Shown here one piece after another: positions 29,044 through 39,000 of a stretch of 64,000 bases of DNA (position 1 is the first letter of the stretch; the number at the start of each line of letters is the position of its first letter). The notes below the pieces were generated by a model that searched no databases, had not been told where the DNA came from, and was given only the letters and a program-made list of their open reading frames with translations. The position numbers were made by a program, and so were the translations under genes. Origin of the DNA: a virus (lineage: Duplodnaviria > Heunggongvirae > Uroviricota > Caudoviricetes); the IMG/VR virus record IMGVR_UViG_3300024272_000009. One strand, written 5' to 3'.

Positions 29044-30429
29044 TTAGATAAATTTAGTAGTATTTTTAGAAACTTCTTTAAGTACCTTTGTTTTTACAGT
29101 CTTATACTTTTTAGCAAGCATTTCAAAAATATCTGACTGGTCATTTTCTAGTTCAGCAATAATATTCTGAAGGTCAGTAATTTCTTGATCATGTGCTTTT
29201 GTTAAGTACGACATTGGCTTTCTAAGAACTTCTTTTGCAATTTCTTCTGTACAAGCTTTAAATCTCATTGCTATAAAATTTACTGCATCGACATACGACA
29301 AATCAAAGATATCCTTCCAGTTATTTGTTTTCTTAAGGCTTTCAATAATTTGAAGCACGAGAAGCTTTTCTCTATTATCTGCAATCTGATGTGTTAGACG
29401 ATTAGTGTGTGTTTCAATCAGATAATTAAGATTAGACTTTACTACCAAGTCAAAGCTACAAGGAACATAAATATGGTCCTGGTCGAAGAAAGCCAGATTA
29501 TAGGTTTCAGAAGCCTGAAGTTTCTTATAAAGTCTATCAAAAAGCTCTTGCATATCGCACTGCTTCTTAAATACTTTCTCAATAACAATACGTGTTTCAT
29601 AAGTAGACTCATCACGCATATCTACTTTATCAAGCAAAATTTCTTTTTCAATGATCTTTCTAACATGCTCTGCTGACTTAGAAGAAGGCATCGCAGTGAT
29701 AGTGATAGTACCATTTTTATCAATAGTCATCTCAGGTGCAAGTCTGACAGTGCCTTTACCAGTCCTGAGCACTTCTTCCCACTCTGTCTTAGTCGACAAA
29801 ATCGGCACACCAACATTAGGAATAGGGAGCTTTTTAGGTACCCAGTTAAGGTCCTTATGCTTAAGGATATCAAGGTAGTAATCAAACATACCTTCAATAT
29901 CCAAACTGGGAATATTGAGCTTGGGAAGACCTGCAGGAATACCAGACATTGAATTAAGGAAACAAAGAGGAAGCAAGGTAGGCAGGGCAATAGGTTCAGG
30001 CTTATCAAGCTCACCGGTCATAGTAGGACAATACTCAACGCCGTCACAGGTAAGATCAATAGCAAGATCTGATAGTCTACAACCAATATAACGTGGAGCT
30101 GAAGCTTCAATATTCTTAGCTCTGTTACCAAAGTTTCCCTGCTTATCAAGGAAGTTAAATTTATTACTTGTATCACCGAGAGATACAATAACCTCAGGAA
30201 CTGCTGTAGGATGCGGGTGCATATCAAGACAATAGCCAGCCGCTTCTGCTACCTTAATAATAGATCTAGGTGCCTTCTTATAAAGAGAATAAATAACTCT
30301 CTTCTGAACGCTTTTCGCACCGTCAATAACAGATCCATAGGCACGACCAGCAGCAACATAAACGCTATATTCTTTATAATTCTCTGAAGCAAGCTCCAGA
30401 GCATCTTTTGTAGGAATAACTTTACTCAT
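29044..30429 (-). CDS. Type IIA topoisomerase subunit A, lacking the C-terminal pinwheel
   Basis: DGAKSVQKR, HPH, QGNFG, catalytic APRY; only 461 aa. Confidence 0.92.
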   Translation of the reverse strand: MSKVIPTKDALELASENYKEYSVYVAAGRAYGSVIDGAKSVQKRVIYSLYKKAPRSIIKVAEAAGYCLDMHPHPTAVPEVIVSLGDTSNKFNFLDKQGNFGNRAKNIEASAPRYIGCRLSDLAIDLTCDGVEYCPTMTGELDKPEPIALPTLLPLCFLNSMSGIPAGLPKLNIPSLDIEGMFDYYLDILKHKDLNWVPKKLPIPNVGVPILSTKTEWEEVLRTGKGTVRLAPEMTIDKNGTITITAMPSSKSAEHVRKIIEKEILLDKVDMRDESTYETRIVIEKVFKKQCDMQELFDRLYKKLQASETYNLAFFDQDHIYVPCSFDLVVKSNLNYLIETHTNRLTHQIADNREKLLVLQIIESLKKTNNWKDIFDLSYVDAVNFIAMRFKACTEEIAKEVLRKPMSYLTKAHDQEITDLQNIIAELENDQSDIFEMLAKKYKTVKTKVLKEVSKNTTKFI

Positions 30430-30440
30430 ATATTTCCTCC

Positions 30441-32525
30441 TTAGTCAAATAGCCCGTCAAACAAATTTGGCATAGCAGGTTTACCGGTGCCAACTATTGC
30501 AATCTTTTTTGTAGAGCTTTTCTCAGCGGGCTTCTTTCTAGGTTTTGTAATTTTTTCAACAGGAACAGGCTCTTTAACAGTAAGCACAGGACCGTCGACA
30601 GTAACAGGCACAATATTATTGTCCCGCTTAACTACAGGCTCAGGATTAGTAAATACCTTCGTCTCAGAATTAAGAATAATTCCAAGGTCCTTAAGAAGAC
30701 TACCCTTACCTTCAGAGGTACCTAAAATTTTATTAAACTCATCAATATCAGAAGGGTATTCAATCTGAAGTACATTTCTAGTATTCTTATCTACAAGGAA
30801 GTAATAAAGCTGGTCATCGTTCATTTCTCCAAGACCTTTGAAGCGGTGAACATCTTTTGCAGTAGCAGGAATATCCTCTACCTTATTACACCAGCCGTAA
30901 TCCTTGGCACTCTTGCCCCAACAATAAAGAGGTGGCAAAGAAACAAATACTCTTCCCTGCTTAACCATGTCAGGAAACAGGTTAATAAATACTGCAAGAA
31001 CAAGGCAGTTAATCTGAAGTCCGTCAGGGTCGGCGTCGGCAGATATAATAATTCTCTCATATCTTGATTTTGAAGCATCACACTGAGCTCCAATACCACA
31101 ACCAATAGAGTTTGCAATATCACAAATTTCTTTGTTCTGAATTACTTCCTTAAGGTCCTTATAAGTAGTATTAAGAATCTTACCTCTGATAGGAAGTACT
31201 GCCTGGGTTGCTTTATCTCTTACATAGAGGTACGGGCCCATAGCTGAATCACCTTCAACAATAAAGAGCTCTGTATCATCTCTCTTTCTGGAAGTACACT
31301 CTACAAGCTTACTTACTACAGAACGACGTCTGATATTATCACCAGAGTCCTCATTAATCTTAATCAATGAAGAAATTTCCTTACGAGAAAGCAAGGCATT
31401 TTGAGCTACACGATACTCCTCAAAGCGCTTTATAAGCTGCTGTGCAACCTCAATATTGTCAGTGAGGTACTTTACTAGGCTCTTGCTGAAAGCTTCCATA
31501 AGGTCGTCAAAATAAGCCTTATTAACGACCAATTTCTCCTTCGTCTGAGAAGAAAACTCAGGGTGAGAAATAAATACAGCACAAATACCTCTGAGGCCTA
31601 CGAGGTAGTCTGAAGACTTAAGCTCTACAGCAGGTCTCAAATTTTTATATTTACTAATTAAGGTTTCCCATGCAGAAATAACCGTTTTAGAAAGGCACTG
31701 AACATGGGTACCTCCGAGGTAGTTTGCAAGAAGGTTAGTATAACCAAAGTATCTATCCTTAGTATCAGAAGTATATCTAAGAGCTACTTTCATAGACTCG
31801 CCCGCTTCGTTCTGTACCTCAATGGTTGGAATATCTACATAAGTAGCGATCTTAGTATCTTCCTCTTTGATCAAATCAAAAATGGTACAATTAGTATCTT
31901 GCTCTTCACCATCAATAATGCAGCGCGCTCTAAAACCAAGTGCCGACGCAATTTTACAACGGCTAAGAATAAAATCCTTAGGAATTTTTACAGAGTGGAA
32001 GTACTTTTTGTTAGGAATAAATGAAGCCGAAGTGCCATGAAGCTCTTCTGTTTTACCTTTTTTAAGCTCAGTTTCCGCGGAACCGTGAGTAGTTACCTCA
32101 ACAAATTTACCGCTTCGTCTGGACCTAACTGTAAACGTTTCAGATAAAGCGTTAGTAACAGTCATACCGACACCATTAAGGCCGGCAGAATAATTATAGG
32201 AATTATTATCAAATTTACCGCCTGAGTTAGCAACGGTCATAAGGACTTCGATTACTTCCTTTTCCTCGCCGTTCTCGAGCTTTTTCTTGCCGTGAGGGAT
32301 TCCTCGGCCAAAGTCATGAACAGTGTATCTGTTTTCTTTGGTATCAACTTCTACAACAAGTTCAGTGGAATGCCCGGCGCTTACCTCATCCATGGCATTG
32401 TCGAACATCTCAGAAAACAGAGATCTAGGGTCATTGGCTTCGCCAATATACATACCAGATCTTAGCTGAATATGCTCGATGTCATTTAAAACTTTAATAT
32501 TATCAGAAGTGTATTGTTTTGACAT
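30441..32525 (-). CDS. Type IIA topoisomerase subunit B
   Basis: RSGMYIG, EMFDNAMDE, GLNGVG, EGDSA, PIRGKILN, DADPDG, RFKGLGEM. Confidence 0.95.
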   Translation of the reverse strand: MSKQYTSDNIKVLNDIEHIQLRSGMYIGEANDPRSLFSEMFDNAMDEVSAGHSTELVVEVDTKENRYTVHDFGRGIPHGKKKLENGEEKEVIEVLMTVANSGGKFDNNSYNYSAGLNGVGMTVTNALSETFTVRSRRSGKFVEVTTHGSAETELKKGKTEELHGTSASFIPNKKYFHSVKIPKDFILSRCKIASALGFRARCIIDGEEQDTNCTIFDLIKEEDTKIATYVDIPTIEVQNEAGESMKVALRYTSDTKDRYFGYTNLLANYLGGTHVQCLSKTVISAWETLISKYKNLRPAVELKSSDYLVGLRGICAVFISHPEFSSQTKEKLVVNKAYFDDLMEAFSKSLVKYLTDNIEVAQQLIKRFEEYRVAQNALLSRKEISSLIKINEDSGDNIRRRSVVSKLVECTSRKRDDTELFIVEGDSAMGPYLYVRDKATQAVLPIRGKILNTTYKDLKEVIQNKEICDIANSIGCGIGAQCDASKSRYERIIISADADPDGLQINCLVLAVFINLFPDMVKQGRVFVSLPPLYCWGKSAKDYGWCNKVEDIPATAKDVHRFKGLGEMNDDQLYYFLVDKNTRNVLQIEYPSDIDEFNKILGTSEGKGSLLKDLGIILNSETKVFTNPEPVVKRDNNIVPVTVDGPVLTVKEPVPVEKITKPRKKPAEKSSTKKIAIVGTGKPAMPNLFDGLFD

Positions 32526-32638
32526 CTTTTGGTATCTTCTCCTTCAATATCTTTATACTTTATATTATACAGCATATAATCTTAAAATTTAACAAATAAA
32601 AAGGGCCCATCTATTGACGGACCCGTTTTAGCTTAATA

Positions 32639-33343
32639 TTATAATCTTCTACTCTGCATTAATTCAAGTAATTTTTCTTTATTGCTCATAGGAATTACTT
32701 CAAGTCTATTCATTGCAGGAAGCACTTCACTGTGTACGTAGTCATTACCATTCAATGCTTCATAGTCTTTGACTAATTTGAAGAATGCATGATGCTCCAT
32801 CTCAGACCAAGCCTGCATAGGATTTTTATGCTCATCTGTAAATAATCTAAATTCATCTAAGAGTTTTGCACGTATTGCATTTTTCTCACGATCTTCAAGA
32901 CGGTCAAGGCGAGTATTTAAGATATTTTGGTTTTCTTTTATACCACCTTTAATCTCTGTTAATGCAACTAAAATTTCTTGGTCGGTAGACTGCAGTTGTT
33001 GCTGAATCTGCAAACTCTGTGCTCTATAACCAGGTAGTGCGTCTACTGCTGCTTCTAACGAAAGAATCCTAGCTTCCTTTGCTACAAGCTCACATCTAAG
33101 CTGGTCTTCTACCGCTCTAGCCGTTGCGCGCTCATTTGCAATTTCTGCTTTAAGAGCATCTACTTCTGCTTTTCTAGCAGCTTCTTTTCTAGACTCTTCT
33201 TCAGCTTGCCGAGCTGCCTCTGCCTCACGTTGCTTTCTCAACTCTTTTGGAAGTGCTACTAATTTATTAAATAATAATGTAATTGTCAGTGTTAATAGCA
33301 CTGAACCCGCCGTGCTTAGCACAGTTATTAACCAACCTGGCAT
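32639..33343 (-). CDS. Membrane-anchored coiled-coil protein, holin-like/lysis-associated
   Basis: N-terminal TM helix, coiled coil, C-terminal YEALNGN motif typical of Bacillota phage holin-like proteins. Confidence 0.55.
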   Translation of the reverse strand: MPGWLITVLSTAGSVLLTLTITLLFNKLVALPKELRKQREAEAARQAEEESRKEAARKAEVDALKAEIANERATARAVEDQLRCELVAKEARILSLEAAVDALPGYRAQSLQIQQQLQSTDQEILVALTEIKGGIKENQNILNTRLDRLEDREKNAIRAKLLDEFRLFTDEHKNPMQAWSEMEHHAFFKLVKDYEALNGNDYVHSEVLPAMNRLEVIPMSNKEKLLELMQSRRL

Positions 33344-33389
33344 TTAGTGTTTCTCCTTTGACTAAATAATAAGCATAATTTTATCATTT

Positions 33390-33397
33390 AATTTAGC
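33390..33397 (-). promoter_or_regulatory. Putative late promoter GCTAAATT
   Basis: 47 nt before the holin-like gene. Confidence 0.6.
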
Positions 33398-33433
33398 CAA
33401 TAATTTGTAGCTCTTTATTAAATTAACAAATTA

Positions 33434-34618
33434 TTAATCTGTCGTAGTTCTAACACGCAAAATTTGTAACTGGAACTCACCACTACCAGATTCTACAAGC
33501 GTTATAGCAGGTACCGGGTAGTTTGTATCTTCTATTTTTTGTATAAAAGTTGGAGCAGTAACAGTTCCTGCTGCTGCTGAAATTACTGAAGTATCGCTAC
33601 CGACAGAAAGTGCTGTTGCGTTTATTTTTTGTGCCCACATTTCGGGTACTTTACTGTCTACTGTACCAATTTTACCGGAGCCCTCAATACCTTCTTCAGC
33701 AGTAACAAGAATATTTTTAGCAGATAGGCTACCTATCTCTGCCATTGGTGCAGTTACTTTGTTATTTGCATCAAGATTATTAGCACTAATAGCATCACTA
33801 GAAAGAATGGCGACCTTTACAGAGTGAGCATCAGGGCCATGTGAAATTTCAGGTAATAGCGCTTGATTATAAAGTTTCCACTCACCCTCAATCTTTTCAA
33901 ATAGGCGTAATGAAATACAGGTTTGATTAACAGTAGTAGTATCTCTTTCAACAGCTAATGGTTTTACATAATATGGTACATCATCTGGAATTGAGCCGGC
34001 AAGCGGCGCTACTGAAAAAGATAAACCTGAAAAATAGTAGTCTGCAGGATTTTTTGCATCTACAGTATCTACAGCTTGACCGGCTGTTGTACTACGGGCA
34101 GCCCTTAGTAGGTCCAAGGAAGTTTCCGGAGTCTCTCCTGCAGAGTCCTTCTGGTTACGAAGAATTCCTGTAAAGTACTCCTGGAAGCCTGAATAAAGGT
34201 GTACATCTTCAATCAAAATATTAGCAAAAATGTAGCTTGGCTCAGTCACACCTAAACTGATTAATAGTTTCTCACAAAATTTATCTACTGAAGCATAAGA
34301 ATCGTCATTGTCCCGCAAGTCAATACTAAATAAATACCCACCCAAAGCAAGCTCAAATAGATTACTATTATCATCATTAAATTGCTTAATATAAGTTTGT
34401 GTATATCCATTCATACTGGAATGTTTTAATGCATTAGCTTCAGTATTTAAACGTGCCTCTGGGTCAAAAGGAATGCGGTACTTATCCTCTGTTGTTATAT
34501 TACTACCATCACGGTCGATCTCTGTGCTACGTCTACGACCACATGGGTAGGCTCTAACATTGCCACTTTTTATAAAAGCTAAAGTTATATCATTATCTGA
34601 GTGTGTTTCAATAAACAT
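33434..34618 (-). CDS. Putative tail/baseplate structural protein
   Basis: In the baseplate operon; C-terminal repeats resembling a beta-helix. Confidence 0.55.
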   Translation of the reverse strand: MFIETHSDNDITLAFIKSGNVRAYPCGRRRSTEIDRDGSNITTEDKYRIPFDPEARLNTEANALKHSSMNGYTQTYIKQFNDDNSNLFELALGGYLFSIDLRDNDDSYASVDKFCEKLLISLGVTEPSYIFANILIEDVHLYSGFQEYFTGILRNQKDSAGETPETSLDLLRAARSTTAGQAVDTVDAKNPADYYFSGLSFSVAPLAGSIPDDVPYYVKPLAVERDTTTVNQTCISLRLFEKIEGEWKLYNQALLPEISHGPDAHSVKVAILSSDAISANNLDANNKVTAPMAEIGSLSAKNILVTAEEGIEGSGKIGTVDSKVPEMWAQKINATALSVGSDTSVISAAAGTVTAPTFIQKIEDTNYPVPAITLVESGSGEFQLQILRVRTTTD

Positions 34619-34635
34619 GAGAAGTCTCCTTTAAT

Positions 34636-35154
34636 TTATTCTTGTACAGAGCTGTTAGAAATAATTAGTTCCCAGTCTACTACAAGAGCAGTATTGATCA
34701 AGCTGTTTGTAGTTACACCTAACTCACAATAAGCTGCAAAAGCCTCTGGAGCGGTTTCGGAATATGAGTATAATCCTATACCAAGATTATCTAAACTTAT
34801 ACCCTCAATCATATCTTGCGGTATAATAAAACTATAACGAACTCTACAATTTAAACCAGAACTTGCAACATCATATACCTTTTCTGGGTCTGTTAGCAAA
34901 AAGATAAAACCGGAGGCACTTGTATAAGTATAATCACCTGAACCGTTTGCAGTACGAGATATTAGCATAATTTTACTTGGTTTATTTGACCTAGCAATGG
35001 TAAAATCTCCTACTAAGCAATCTGCTAGAAAATTAAATAGTGAGTTGCCGCCTTCATTATGAAGCGTAGCAACTTTATACTTTTTTTGGCCTATGTACTG
35101 TGATAATGTCACTACACCAGTATAGGCGAGTGTATTTATTGCGGTATTTTTCAT
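34636..35154 (-). CDS. Putative tail structural protein
   Basis: In the baseplate operon; beta-rich. Confidence 0.55.
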   Translation of the reverse strand: MKNTAINTLAYTGVVTLSQYIGQKKYKVATLHNEGGNSLFNFLADCLVGDFTIARSNKPSKIMLISRTANGSGDYTYTSASGFIFLLTDPEKVYDVASSGLNCRVRYSFIIPQDMIEGISLDNLGIGLYSYSETAPEAFAAYCELGVTTNSLINTALVVDWELIISNSSVQE

Positions 35155-35188
35155 AAAAATTTTCTCCTTGTATATACCATAACTATCA

Positions 35189-35229
35189 CTAACTACCTAT
35201 AATCTTTTATTTTTATTATAGGTAGTTAG
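35189..35229. repeat. Perfect 15-bp inverted repeat (terminator/processing hairpin)
   Basis: CTAACTACCTATAAT ... ATTATAGGTAGTTAG. Confidence 0.75.
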
Positions 35230-35246
35230 CGTTTTAATATATTGAT

Positions 35247-36020
35247 TTATTCTTCGGTATCAGTATCACCGCTAGAGGCCGTAATAGCCTCGTAATTTGA
35301 GTCAGGATCTGCTACAGCTTCATCCAAAGTGGGAATAATATTATTATCTAGCAAGCCAATATTTAGTGTATTAGTATCACCGTCTGTAAAGTAGTTAGCA
35401 AAACTAGGCTCTGCGTTAACAAAGTTTGCACCAGGCTCTTCGTACATAGCAGATATACCAGTAATAGCATGACTTTTACTATCCCAGGTAATATCTGGAT
35501 AAAACTCTGCAGTAAGTTTGTCAGAATAACGAACTTCAGTAGTATATCCTTTTGATACAATATTGGTATTTAATATACGACAGGTAATTCCCGCAGGCAC
35601 AATATAAGGAAGCAGGTCAGTAAATAGTGTTACATCTATAAGTTTTTCAGGAAGGCACACTTCTAGCACACCGTCAGAAAAGGTACTCAAAAAAGTACCA
35701 GATGAACCAACAGCTGCGATCATCGCATTACCAGCGGTATCTACTGCAGTTTTTGTACCTTTATAACGTATAATTATTGGCAGCACTGCAACTAGTGCAG
35801 CAAGCTGTTTTTGATCGTAGTTACGCTTTACTTTAAAACCAAGCGTAGCAGCAAGCAATTCTGTTAACTTTGGATTTGCACTTGTGGCAGGTAAATTATA
35901 CAGGCTGTCAACATTGTGCTTAACATAATTAAGCACAATGTTAATTAGCCAACTCAAATACTGAAAGTCTCTTGATGCACTGGTGTACACAGAAGGAACT
36001 TGATTATAAAAATTAATCAT
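35247..36020 (-). CDS. Baseplate protein, gpI/gp7-like
   Basis: LTELLAATLGF, IIRYKGTK, ILPYIVPAG-like pattern; follows the J-like gene. Confidence 0.65.
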   Translation of the reverse strand: MINFYNQVPSVYTSASRDFQYLSWLINIVLNYVKHNVDSLYNLPATSANPKLTELLAATLGFKVKRNYDQKQLAALVAVLPIIIRYKGTKTAVDTAGNAMIAAVGSSGTFLSTFSDGVLEVCLPEKLIDVTLFTDLLPYIVPAGITCRILNTNIVSKGYTTEVRYSDKLTAEFYPDITWDSKSHAITGISAMYEEPGANFVNAEPSFANYFTDGDTNTLNIGLLDNNIIPTLDEAVADPDSNYEAITASSGDTDTEE

Positions 36021-36031
36021 GCCAAACCTCC

Positions 36032-39000
36032 TTAGCTAATACGAGACGAACGAGCAATCTGTAAACCGTTAGAAAGCTGATTAATATCAAGTTTTGAAAT
36101 AACAAAGTTGTTATTTATATTATTAATATCATAGCTAATAAACGGATTTAATAGCGTATCAGGCGTAACAGAGCTTTCATCAAAATCAATTGCAATGCTA
36201 GACTCAACTGGTACGTTATAATAAAACTCACCATCCTTGTCAATAGCACGAATATCAGTTAGTAGCTGGGACTCGCCAGAAGACTCCTCAATAGCAAAAT
36301 AACCTATTTGCTTAATATTTAATCCCATAGAATTATCGTCTGTCACGTCAATAAGACGCAGGTTATCAAAGCAAAGAGTGCCCTGTGAGCTGCTATCGGT
36401 TTTTATGAATAAATCACAAGTAGAAGCAATCTTTATGCAATTTAATCCAGCTTTGAGCATTATCTTATTACCCTCTACAGTTTTTGATGTGTTTAGTAAC
36501 TCGATATTGTCTAGGCTTGCACCTGGTAATAGCTCTATCCAAGTATTAGCATTACTACTATTTTCTAGGTAAATACTGAAAATACCATAGGTATTAGGCA
36601 AAGTCACTACAGAAAACTTTATAGCATTTTCATAGTCATCCGTACTAGTTGCTAATGCCTTAAGCCCAACAGCACTCCATAGCTTATTATAAGTAGTAAC
36701 AAGCGTCTCAATAGAAGCAGGCAGTTTTGCCATATCAACAGGTCCAGCGGTCTCCAAGTAAGGTATAACAGTTCCAGGTTTTGTTTTTATAACAGACGGA
36801 GCATTATCCGCAAATACCTTAACTTCAAAATGATCTAAGTTATTTGGATTATTATACAAGTCTGATAGTTTAATCGAGCTGCCGCTGGTTTGACAAGCTA
36901 AATTTGTCTTAAATGAAATAGGATAACCTTCTTTTGGCTCAAGTACCGTTTCTTCTGTTGTATTGGCGGCCTTAAGGGTTACGCTTGTCGTAACTTTATC
37001 AGTTTTACGTAATGTCTGAGGATTATTTGGGGACACATTTAACTCTAAAATGCTGCATACTTCCCAGCCATTACCAGCAGAATCATCATCATAAATACTA
37101 ATAGGCGCTAAACTAACAGGATCTTCTGCACCTGCAGGTAGATACTTAACATTATCACAGTACTGCCACTTCGAACTTAAGTAGTTATCACGGCTATCTT
37201 TTGACCCAACAATAGTAAGATTTTTTAAAGTATCTCCAGGGCCCAGCGTAATGTACTGGTACTCAACAAGCTCAATACTGTCATTTCCAGATAAGCGAAG
37301 CGGCGTCCAAGGAATATCTTGAGGACCATTGTCAAGAATTGTAGCGATATCAATAATATCTTTTTGAGGAATCTTAGTATTACCTTTTAATACAATTTCA
37401 GTACCTGAAGTAAAGCAAGCATACTCTGCTTTATTTTCATCAGTATAGAAAACATACTCGCCGTCTTTTAGCGTATAAGAATTATTTACTCTTAGTCCAC
37501 CATTATATTCTGCCTTTTCAAGCTCACCACACTCAAAGTTTTTATAAACGTACACAACAGGTGACGTTTTAAAAGTTTCTTCATTTAGGGTTACTTTTGC
37601 AAAATCTCTAATCTCAATCTGCTCATTCGTGCCTAGGCTGTGCATACCGATTCTATTTGTTTCGTTGAATACTACCTCCTTAAATGGGGTATGTGATTCC
37701 GCGTAAGCAGTAGAATCCATCAAACCAGCCTCAAAACCAAGAGGTCTGATAATAGTACCAGCTTCATAAATTTCTTGAACTGCGTCACCGGTTTTAGTAG
37801 AGCCGTCTTCAGCAGTAGAGGAAGGTGTATATTCTATGTATAAGCGTTCACCAGTACGAAGCATGTACTCAGTATTATCGCTGATAGTATTAGCTTTAGC
37901 GTCTACTCCAAGGTTTGTTGCTACATAAATACCGTGAAGTCTGGTAGGATAGTTATCTAACAGTCCAAAATAACTGCTTGTAAAACTGATAAGCTTAGAA
38001 GTATTTGCCATAACACCTCTACCAGGTGTATAACCATCACCATAAGCGCGGAATAAGTAATTTCCATGCTCAGAGACGGGCGAAATTGCCAGTGAGTCGT
38101 TTTTAATAAAATCATTCCACTTTGGCAGAGTCTCATGCGCAAAAGGCACATACTCGAAAGTATACTTTATATAGCAGTCAGCTCCTACGGCTTTAAAATC
38201 CTCAGCATTAGCTATAATATAAGTATTAACTTTATCTTTTATGTCTGTAAAAGTACCTGCGGTAAAAATATAGTCAGAGCCATTTGTAAACTTAATTTTA
38301 AAGTTATTTACATTGATATTGCCAGGAGCTGTTTCGGCTTCAGTACCAGCTTCACTACAAAGACCAATTTCAGGCACGCCGCCGTGTGATAGCTTTATAC
38401 AACCGCTTTGCATAAGTATTTCTGCAAAAGAGTATTCTGGGTCTACTCCAGGATTATCGACATCTTCCATAGGGGTATCAGCCGTGGTGCTCTCAGTCTC
38501 TGGATCATATATAACTTTTTGAGTTAATGTAATTGTTCTAGTAGTACCATTAAAATAATCAAATACCTTTTGCCAGTTTTCCTTGTTATCTGATAGGATT
38601 GAAGATAATGACTTAGCTTCAGCTGCTTCTGCCTCACTAACCGTACTATTCTGTAGGGCTAGGTGATAGTTAACATAGGCAGGATAAGTTTTAGTAGTTA
38701 TAAAGTTCTTAGCTCTAAATCTAATAAACTCTCCAGTTGAGAGTTCAACATCTGATACCTGATAACTGGTACCGGTCACGTCATTAAATGTTTCAGAAGC
38801 GTTTACTTTACAGCTTGTAGTTATCTCTGTAATCTTATTGTCAGCATTACTGATAATAACTCCGTTGCTATAAGTATCTGGCACATAAGTTTTTGTATAA
38901 ATAATTGGTGCAGGTTCTGTATCCGGGTTCACATCTGTATCGACTTCAGGTTCATTAGTTCCTTGATACTGACCTGTATATATAATACCCTTATCATCTA

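Noticed and set aside
29044-32525. DNA gyrase (gyrA/gyrB)
   Set aside because: The A subunit lacks the C-terminal pinwheel/GyrA-box, so it is called a generic type IIA topoisomerase.
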